Below are positions 1 to 6,802 of a DNA stretch of 7,023 nt, piece by piece. The notes beneath the pieces were generated by a model. That model saw only the letters and a program-made list of their open reading frames with translations. It was not told the origin of the DNA and made no database searches. Each line of letters starts with the position of its first letter. The stretch's first letter is position 1. Source of the stretch: Octopus sinensis (lineage: Eukaryota); contig NW_021829084.1 of the NCBI RefSeq assembly GCF_006345805.1, positions 1 through 7,023 on the forward strand, given 5' to 3'. The translations under genes were made by a program, and so were the position numbers.

Positions 1-183
1 ACACATACACACACAGACACACCAAACGCACACACACACACACAAGCACAACACACACAAGCACACACTCACAATCACATACACACATACACGCACACAC
101 TGATATACGCTTACTAACACCCACAAAAACATGCGTGCATGTTTACACGTGCATCTGTGCGCTTATACCCACATCTATCCATA

Positions 184-214
<31 letters not shown>

Positions 215-410
215 GCATGCGTGTGTGTGCATGCGTGTGTGTGTATGCATGTGTATATGTGTGTGTCCACAGACAATTATACAAACATATATGTGTCTGC
301 TTGTGTGTGATGTTTGTGTGTGAGTATGTGTATAAATATGTATATACTTGTATGAGTATGTGTACATAGTTTTATATTATCTATGTATGTTCATGTGTAT
401 GTATGTGTAT
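1..410. repeat. Compound degenerate microsatellite: CA-rich (1-~130) then TG/TA-rich (~184-410)
   Basis: Directly visible acacac runs, then gtgtgt runs including (GT)~12 at 190-215. This explains the spurious VCVC/HTHT ORFs. Confidence 0.95.
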
Positions 411-546
411 ATCTTAGCTTTCTGCTTAACTTTCTTTCATAAAACGTACACTTAATAACCTAATGAGGTAAATTTATTGCTTGGCGTAGACCTTACATAT
501 AATACAAACGTAATAATCAATGTAATCTTTCTCTTTATCTGTTTGC

Positions 547-617
547 TTGTCTGACTGTCTGTCTGCTCCACCACCCTCTGTCATATACACACATACACAC
601 ACTCACACACACAACAC
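547..617. repeat. Short (TGTC)n and (CA)n microsatellites
   Basis: ttgtctgactgtctgtctg at 547-565; catatacacacatacacacactcacacacacaacac at ~582-617. Confidence 0.8.
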
Positions 618-678
618 GAACCAAGCTATCGAAAAAAGGAATATTACACCAATAAAATATATGTTGATTTGTCAATAT

Positions 679-851
679 TTCTTTCCTTTTTTTACTCTAG
701 ACACAATGCCCGAAATTTCTGGGGAGGGGTCCAGTCGATTATATCGATCCGAGTACTCAACCGATACTTAATTTATCGACCCCGAAAGGTTGAAAGGCAA
801 AGTCGACCTCGGCGGAATTTGAACTCAGAACGTAGCGGCAGACGAAATACC
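679..851 (-). mobile_element. SINE family A, 5'-truncated second unit with a different tail and A-rich end
   Basis: 733-850 aligns with 917-1031 (offset ~184 nt). It keeps B box 814-826 but lacks the A box, and ends ...tgtgtctagagtaaaaaaaggaaag on the minus strand. Confidence 0.88.
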
Positions 852-1082
852 TATTTCTTTACTACCCACAAGAGGCTAAACACAGAAAGGACAAACAAGG
901 ACAGACAAACGGATTAAGTCGATTATGTCGACCCACTGCGTAACTGGTACTTATTTAATCGATCCCGAAAGGATGAAAGGCAAAGAGGACCTCGCCGGAA
1001 TTTGAACTCAGAACGTAACGGCAGACGAATTGCCGCAAACATTTCGCCCGTCGTGCTAACGTTTCTGCCAGCTCGCCGCCTT
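852..1082 (-). mobile_element. tRNA-derived SINE, family A, full-headed monomer (first unit of a dimer)
   Basis: The minus strand begins aaggcggcgagctggcagaaacgttag (A-box-like 1060-1070) and has B box gagttcaaattcc (997-1009). The central ctttgcctttcatcctttcgggatcgattaaataagtaccag resembles the Meta domain of MetaSINEs (from memory). Near-identical copy at 6803-7010. Confidence 0.9.
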
Positions 1083-1125
1083 ATCTGTCTATGCGTTAAC
1101 GCGATTCAATTTTTAACTCATCATC

Positions 1126-1240
1126 TGCGAAGGCAAGTGGCTTAGTGATTATGAATTATTCACTTCAGGATCGCAAGGTTGTGAGTTCGGTTCTCGGCGA
1201 TACATTGTATCCTTGAGAGAGGCACTTTATTTCATCTTCC
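1126..1240 (+). mobile_element. Degenerate tRNA-derived CORE-like SINE head, family B, 3'-truncated
   Basis: A box tggcttagtga 1138-1148; B-box-like gttcggttc 1185-1193; CORE-like tgtatccttgagagaggcactttatttca ~1206-1234. Head similar to 1868-2062(-). Confidence 0.7.
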
Positions 1241-1571
1241 AATGAAGAAAGCTATAGAGTGTGCCATAACATTTTAAAAAAGGAAACTTTTCACATAAAC
1301 CTCTACAGACAAACAAGCTTCAACTGGACTCGAACTTTCCTGCTTTAAATTTAATAATGCTGAACTTTCGGTCCATGTTTTGAATCAGAAATTCAAAGTA
1401 AGACACTATTGGCCACAATTTCTGACAATGGACTGCCTTTAATTGATTATAAGCGCTGGAACCTGGCCCCTCGGTAAAACCTTTATCCTTAACTAGCACA
1501 GCCATAATAGTCTAAATAAGCTACCTTGGTAAAAAGAGGATAAATAAACATTGTAACCAAAACTACTATTG

Positions 1572-1682
1572 TTAATTCTTAGAATTGCGTGTTGATTTTT
1601 CTTTACACTTAAGTTTCATATGTAACTTTGAAAAGCTCAATTCTGATCCAATTCCATCAATTATATAAACATTGTCCTTGAA
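1572..1682 (-). pseudogene. Possible hAT transposase C-terminal dimerisation-domain relic
   Basis: Manual translation FKDNVYIIDGIGSELSFSKLHMKLKCKEKST resembles the hAT motif FPNVYIA...ASAERSFSKLKLIK..LRST with a ~9-aa deletion. Short match, judged by eye. Confidence 0.3.
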
Positions 1683-1867
1683 TTGTATCAGTGAAAAATA
1701 TTGAATTGAAATGTGTGTATGCAGATAATATCAGAAAGAAACGGCAATATAGATTATATAACTTTAACTTGATTTCAGATTATACTTAGCACTTCTAACG
1801 AGGAAAACTACAAATTATGACATAAAATTTTAGAAAATAGAATCGTTCACACAAAAACTGAACAGAT

Positions 1868-2062
1868 ACATAGGCTCATGAGGCGGGTTCCCGGAGTCTG
1901 AGCGTATGCATTTCCCATCCAGACGGAATACCGGCACATCGCAGGATTTCTCATTTTGCCACCTGAGTGGACTGGAGTAACGTGTTTTTCGGTCCAGGAA
2001 TTGAAACCACGATTTTATGACTACAAGTCCGACATCCTTAATCACTATGCCAATTGCTTCCA
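1868..2062 (-). mobile_element. Degenerate tRNA-derived SINE, family B, CORE segment largely deleted
   Basis: A box tggcatagtga (2042-2052), B box gtttcaattcc (1997-2007), then ctccagtccactcaggtggcaaaatgag and cctgcgatgtgccggtattccgtctgg, which resembles the V-type domain ctgcgatggactggc..cc.gtccagg (from memory). Confidence 0.75.
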
Positions 2063-2111
2063 TTCTAACGCCATTACTCATAGATATAGCAATAAATGAT
2101 GCATTCAACTG

Positions 2112-2423
2112 ATATATATATATCACCGTGCCCGACTAGGCTATCAGATGTTGCTACACGTCGCTGGTCCCAATGCGCTTCGCATTGTTTTAGCCTTCAA
2201 ATGACGCCACCTCGCTGGGTAAGCGAGTAGGCCAACAGATGAAAGAGTGAGAGAAAGTTGTGGCGAAAGAGTATAGCAGGGATCGCCACCACACCCTGCC
2301 GGAGCCTTGTGGAGCTTTAGGTGTTTTCGCTCAAGAAACAATTACAACGCCCTGTCTGGGAATCGAAACCGCGATCCTATGACCGCGAGTCGGCTGCCCT
2401 AAACACTGGACCATTGCACCTCC
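2112..2423 (-). mobile_element. tRNA-derived SINE, family C, apparently full length with (TA)n tail
   Basis: Head ggaggtgcaatggtccagtgtttagggcagccgactcgcggtc; A box 2403-2413; B box gtttcgattcc 2359-2369; ends cacggtga(ta)n at 2112-2123. Resembles octopus OK/OR-type SINE heads (recalled). Confidence 0.85.
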
Positions 2424-2559
2424 ACACACACATACAGACACAGACACACACACACACACACACAGATTCACACACATATATATAATAAATACACATATAT
2501 GCATACATACATGCATACATACATACATGAATACGTACATACATAGATACATAGATACA

Positions 2560-2591
<32 letters not shown>

Positions 2592-2655
2592 CATACATAC
2601 ATACTTACATACATATATACATATACATACATACATACATACATACATACATACA

Positions 2656-2687
<32 letters not shown>

Positions 2688-2689
2688 CA
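2424..2689. repeat. Compound microsatellite (CA)n-(TA)n-(TACA)n
   Basis: Directly visible; (TACA) units dominate ~2500-2685. Source of the MYVC/HTYI ORFs. Confidence 0.97.
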
Positions 2690-2804
2690 CCGTTTCCCCC
2701 AGAAGAGAGGCATACACACTGAATGATAACAGTCAGCGTGTATTAAAATATTCTTCTCATTTTCCAAATTTCGTAGAATCTATGAAGAGAATTTGATTTT
2801 TATG

Positions 2805-3129
2805 AATTCTTGTTTTGAAGCTGATGACCGTTCTGTCACGGCAATGCTTAAAACATGAAACAACGGAATCGTAAAGTTTAAAAGTATCTTCGTTCGGTAT
2901 TTCTACGCATCTTAGTTCAATGTCTACCCTCCATTTCACGACTGCTGTCGGTTTTGTATCCACATAAAGAAATGTAAAATGATGCGAAATCCGGTGAACG
3001 CAGAATGTATTTTACTTGATCTATTCGATAACTCCACTTGTTTGGCAACATCTCACCAAGGTAGGCACTTAAATTACTACGGTGCATGTGGTGTGCCCCA
3101 TCTGACTGGAAACAAATCTCCACATCATA
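2805..3129 (-). pseudogene. Tc1/mariner transposase relic, DD41D (rosa-type) catalytic C-terminal half, frameshifted
   Basis: FQSDGAHHMHRSNLSAYLGEMLPNKWSYRIDQVKYILRSPDFASFY matches FQQDGAPPH..VRAYLDETFPNRWIGRGGPVEWPPRSPDLTPLD. There are exactly 41 residues between the D at 3102-3100 and the third catalytic position, now TAC at 2976-2974 (one base from GAC). After a frameshift near 2965, (V)DTKPTAVVKWRVDIELRCVEIPNE...DSVVSCFKHC matches VYATKP.T..EL...IE.EC..IP.E....SV..R...C. Confidence 0.85.
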
Positions 3130-3538
3130 CTCTTTTGCTCTTTTACTTGTTTCAGTCATATGACTGCGGCCATGCTGGAGCACCGCCTTTAATCGAGCAA
3201 CTCGACCCCGGGACTTATTTTTTTGTAAGCCCAGTACTTATTCTATCGGTCGCTTTTGCCGAACCGCTAAGTAACGGGGACATAAACACACCAGCATGGG
3301 TTGTCAAGCAATGCCAGGGGGACAAACACAGACACACAAACACACACACGCATTTATATATATATATATATACATATATACGACGGACTTCTTTCAGTTT
3401 CCGTCTACCAAATCCACTCACAAGGATTTGGTCGGCCCGAGGCTATAGTAGAAGACAATTGCCCAAGGTGCCACGCAGTGGGACTGAACCCGGAACCGTG
3501 TGGTTTGTAAACAAGCTACTTATCACACAGCCACTCCT
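3130..3538 (-). mobile_element. tRNA-derived CORE-SINE, family D, with RTE-like tail, inserted in the transposase
   Basis: A box tggctgtgtga 3523-3533; B box ggttcagtccc 3480-3490; CORE gtggcaccttgggcaa ~3459-3474; internal (TA)/(TG) microsatellite; 3' gctccagcatggccgcagtcatatgactgaaacaagtaaaagagcaaaagag. Homologous to 4005-4403 and 6424-6802. Confidence 0.93.
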
Positions 3539-3584
3539 ATCACTTGACAACCTATGTTGCTATGTTTATGTATCCTTAACTTAG
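3537..3584 (+). repeat. 48-bp fragment of family D SINE, 45/48 identical to 4243-4290
   Basis: ctatcacttgacaacctatgttgctatgtttatgtatccttaacttag versus ccatcgcttgacaacctatgttggtatgtttatgtatccttaacttag. Confidence 0.92.
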
Positions 3585-3990
3585 TTTTCTTGAATGCTCG
3601 GCATCATAGTTGGGATCTGTCACAATGTCTTCAACAAAGACTCGTAAAATTACTCATTTTGATAAAAAGCCGCGTCATAATACTCCTTGGTGATCTATCA
3701 CAAAATTTTTCTAGAACTCTAGAAATAAGATTCTAGGAGCTTTTGTGGGACTCCTTGTGGTCGCAATTTTCTGGAACGGGTCCAGTGGATATTTTGAACA
3801 ATTCCATCAATTTCAAGCCTATATGTAATTGGAGTGATAGTAAGGTAGGGAGGTGGATCTGTTTGAGCCTCCTTCTTAAACACTCTTGGCTTTTCCACTG
3901 GTTCACATCGTTATTTCTCCTTGATTAAATCTAACATGGAATGGAAATTGAGTTACAGTGATTAATTTGGTATGTATATTTGAGGACATC
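3585..3990 (-). pseudogene. Upstream part of the same DD41D transposase relic, heavily decayed
   Basis: Collinear motifs in the expected order across several frames: FPFHVRFNQ (~HPYKIQLVQ, 3921-3947), IDGIVQNIHW (~LDG.VNKQNCRYW, 3782-3811), VL*RGFLSK*VILRVFVEDIVT (~[23 protein letters not shown], ~3618-3683), MPSIQE running into YDVEICFQSDG across the SINE. The first catalytic D (FSDE) is not recognisable. Confidence 0.55.
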
Positions 3991-4004
3991 CAATGCATAT
4001 ATAT

Positions 4005-4178
4005 GCAGGCGTGGCTGTGGGGTAAGAAGACTGCTTGCCAACCAAAATGTTCCAGGTTCAGTCCCACTGCAAGGCACCTTAGGCATGGCGCTCTGGGCAA
4101 GTGTCTTTTATTATAGCCTCGGGCCGACCAAAGACTTGCGAGTTCATTCGGTAGCCGGAAACTCATAGAAGCACGTCG

Positions 4179-4210
<32 letters not shown>

Positions 4211-4403
4211 CGTGTATTTGTGAGTCTGTGTTTGTCCCCCTACCATCGCTTGACAACCTATGTTGGTATGTTTATGTATCCTTAACTTAGCGGTTCAGCA
4301 AAGATACCGATGGAATAAGTACTGGGTTTACAGTTTTGTTCGACTAAAGGCGTTGCTCCAGCACGGCCGCAGTCAAATGACTGAAACAAGTAAAGAATAA
4401 AAG
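4005..4403 (+). mobile_element. tRNA-derived CORE-SINE, family D
   Basis: gcaggcgtggctgtggggtaag head; B box ggttcagtccc ~4056-4066; CORE with a 14-bp duplication; internal (TA)(TG) tract 4179-4230; tail gctccagcacggccgcagtcaaatgactgaaacaagtaaagaataaaaga. Confidence 0.93.
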
Positions 4404-4424
4404 ATACAAGTTGTATTTACCCAT

Positions 4425-4484
4425 GTGCATACATACATATACATACATACATACATACATATATATATATATGTGTGTGTGTGC

Positions 4485-4535
<51 letters not shown>

Positions 4536-4655
4536 AACATATATATGTATATATGTTTATATTTATACACACTAACACACATACATACGTACGCACACAA
4601 ACAGAAATATGTCTGTATTTGTGTAAATATATGTGCCTCATAACATATGTGTATA
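4425..4655. repeat. Compound microsatellite (TACA)n-(TA)n-(TG)n-(TA)n-(TG)n with degenerate flank
   Basis: Directly visible. Confidence 0.95.
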
Positions 4656-4845
4656 TATGTCTTTGTCTGCTCAATAACTAGGTGAATAAATATTTTCTCG
4701 AGCAAAACAAAATGATTGCTCAACACACATTTCGGGTGGACGTGTAATAAATAAATAGGTATATGTGGCAATTAGCGTGGGTATTGCTCTAAAATCTGTT
4801 ATCAACGCTGGAATTTCTGGAAATTCTAAAACGAAGTCATTATAA

Positions 4846-4866
4846 TTATATACATATATATATATC

Positions 4867-4920
<54 letters not shown>

Positions 4921-5020
4921 TATATATATATGATATATATATATATGATAGATAGATAAACATACGCACAAAAACACATGCACACACCCATATACATGTA
5001 TATACGTGTGTATGTGTGTG
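4846..5020. repeat. (TA)n tract of ~100 bp followed by short (GATA), (CA) and (TG) runs
   Basis: Directly visible; an uninterrupted TA run covers ~4874-4919. Confidence 0.97.
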
Positions 5021-5509
5021 GTTTGAGAAAGCGGATTAATGATTTTGACTAATGACTTTGACGTTAAGAAGAATTGTGTCTAAGTTACCTACAGGACGTA
5101 TCTAGGAAACTAAGTCCCCATAAGGAAATAAATGTTTCTGACGTACAATGGGCTTGACTGCAAGTTCACAACAAGGAAGAGTGAATGTTTAGAATTATGC
5201 CCTTAACTGTTACTAAGCACCCTATTTAAAGATTTGATATCGACAATTCTGGAAATTCAGATGGTGTGATTTTAGGATAGTTTCGCTAAAATCACATGAT
5301 ATTTGTTTGGCCTCTTGAATGCTGAAATCTTCGATTTTATAAGAATTGGAATATGATTATCAGTATTTAAGGATGTGGTCAGCAAAATTATATATATCAA
5401 CCGTAGGTTCGAATTCTTAGTAGATCGGTTGTTAATTCTGATGAAAATTTCAATTTAAGCTTACGAAACGGATTAACCTATGTAATAACCTTTAATTTAG
5501 ATAGAAGCG

Positions 5510-5630
5510 CATCGACCCTATTAGTTGACAGGTGCTTTAGGTTTTCGACTTCGAAATGATGAAAAGCAAAATTGATTTCGTTGGGGAATGGAATTCAAAA
5601 CGCTAAAAAACGGTACAAATTCTGCAAGAC
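5510..5630 (-). mobile_element. Old degenerate fragment of SINE family A
   Basis: atcgaccctattagttgacaggtgctttaggttttcgacttcgaaatgatgaaaagcaaaattgatttcg...gaattcaaaacg aligns by eye to 6852-6941 (atcgactccagtgcgtaactggtacttaatttatcgacccccgaaaggatgaaaggcaaagtcgacctcg...gaactcagaacg). Confidence 0.75.
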
Positions 5631-5639
5631 GCGCACGAC

Positions 5640-5727
5640 CAACACACACAAACACAATCACACGCACAGACGGATAGATAGATAGGTAGGTAGGTAGGTT
5701 GATAGACAGACAGACAGACAGACATAC

Positions 5728-5810
<83 letters not shown>
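5640..5810. repeat. Compound tetranucleotide microsatellite (GATA)-(GGTA)-(GACA)-(GATA)~20 preceded by a CA-like run
   Basis: Directly visible; pure GATA run 5729-5810. Source of the LSIY ORFs. Confidence 0.97.
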
Positions 5811-6240
5811 ATGCAGGGAGACCGAGTACATCGTAGACAGAAACCACTGCTAAAAGTAACAAGAAAATTATGCAAATTGGAATAATGTCATATATTTGTG
5901 CAAAAATATTAATAAAAATGTTTTGCTAATTAGTAGGTTTCATGGCAACGCTTTTAGCCATAATCAAGAGGAGAGATAACTATTTCGAAAATTTACAATG
6001 ATTTGATTATGGTCTCAGCGACCATGTTTTCTACTCTTACCTTAAATGTAATAAAGTTCGTTGTCCTGTGGCGGGGATGTGAAAACAATAAATCTTGTGA
6101 GCAATTAAAATTGTTGCACTATTTACACAGCAAGAAGATATCTTCTATAATGGAACTTAGATAAGAAAAACATAATGGTCTCTAATATTGGAACTAGTAA
6201 TAAAATACAAAATAAATGGAACCGGAATGATATACTGAAA

Positions 6241-6423
6241 AGAATCGAGATATATATAGAGTAGAGAGTAGATTTATCGACGTATGAATTACCCAAAAAG
6301 AAAAACAACAGTCTAGACTATTGGATGCAAAGGACCTCGCATATATTACATCAAAATTGTTTTCCTTCTCCAGAGATTTTTAGACAAAATCTTGGCGTCT
6401 CTTGTTCTCAGTTTTTGGATGAC
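6241..6423 (+). pseudogene. Possible hAT transposase dimerisation-domain relic truncated by a SINE
   Basis: RIEIYIE*RVDLSTYELPKKKNNSLDYWMQRTSHILHQNCFPSPEIFRQNLGVSCS resembles E..YL.E......DPL.WW.....FP.L..LARQYL.IP.SS. One TAG at 6262-6264. Similarity judged by eye. Confidence 0.3.
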
Positions 6424-6802
6424 TCTTGTTCTTTTATTCTTTTATTTGTTTCTTTCATTTGACTGCGGTCATGCTGGAGCACCGCCTTTAGTCGGACATA
6501 TCGACCCCCAGGACTTATTCTTTGTAAGCCTAGTACTTATTGTATCGGGCTCTCTTGCCGAACCGTTATTTGACGGGGACGTAAACACACCAGCATCGGT
6601 TATCACGCGATGTTGTATGTATATGTATATATATATATACAACGTGCTTCTTTCAGTTTCCGTCTACCAAATCCACTCACAAGGCTTTAGTCGGCCCGAG
6701 GCTATAGTAGAAGACGCTTGCCCAAGGTGCCATGCAGTAGGACAGAACCCGAAACCATGTGGTTGGTAAGCAAGCTACTTACCACACAGCTACTCCTACG
6801 TC
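6424..6802 (-). mobile_element. tRNA-derived CORE-SINE, family D
   Basis: Head gacgtaggagtagctgtgtggtaag; CORE atggcaccttgggcaag; shortened internal microsatellite 6615-6640; tail gctccagcatgaccgcagtcaaatgaaagaaacaaataaaagaataaaaga. Confidence 0.93.

Noticed and set aside
135-369. ORFs with VCVC/HTHT repeats (also 2331-2796, 4373-4681, 5521-5875)
   Set aside because: They are translations of microsatellites, which lack stop codons; no domain content.
733-1031. Direct repeat with palindromes resembling a CRISPR array
   Set aside because: Only two ~118-nt units, SINE-derived, in eukaryotic context, with no spacer series or cas genes.
1649-1662. Exact 14-mer caattccatcaatt repeated at 3799-3812
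   Set aside because: About one such match is expected by chance in 7 kb of AT-rich DNA, and the flanks do not align.
2340-2423. tRNA-like sequences at SINE heads (also 997-1082, 3480-3538, 6924-7010)
   Set aside because: A and B boxes are present, but I see no complete acceptor stem or T-terminator, and they continue into SINE bodies.
2778-2858. Plus-strand acceptor followed by IYEENLIFMNSCFEADDRSVTAMLKT*
   Set aside because: It is antisense to the transposase relic's 3' end, short, and has no independent support.
2979-3584. 201-aa plus-strand ORF, the longest in the window
   Set aside because: It is the antisense of a transposase relic plus a SINE; the same peptide (FDCGHAGAPPL) recurs in the 6392-6769 ORF from another SINE copy.
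3760-3900. Reading of PPYLTITPITYRLEIDGIVQNIHWTR as a Gypsy integrase GPY/F module or host exon
   Set aside because: The flanking motifs fit the DD41D transposase in collinear order; there are no LTR/pol neighbours or good splice sites.
4811-4827. Recurrent ttctggaa/ttctagaa motifs (also 3709-3724, 5247-5258) as heat-shock elements
   Set aside because: Only two correctly phased nGAAn units each; a canonical HSE needs three.
5221-5340. Minus-frame SHHLNFQNCRY resembling SGHVNKQNCRYW of a second DD41D transposase
   Set aside because: Spacing to neighbouring expected motifs is wrong on both sides; I cannot distinguish it from chance without a profile search.
5406-5416. Isolated B-box-like ggttcgaattc
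   Set aside because: No convincing A box or SINE body nearby; it could be an ancient SINE head but is unsupported.
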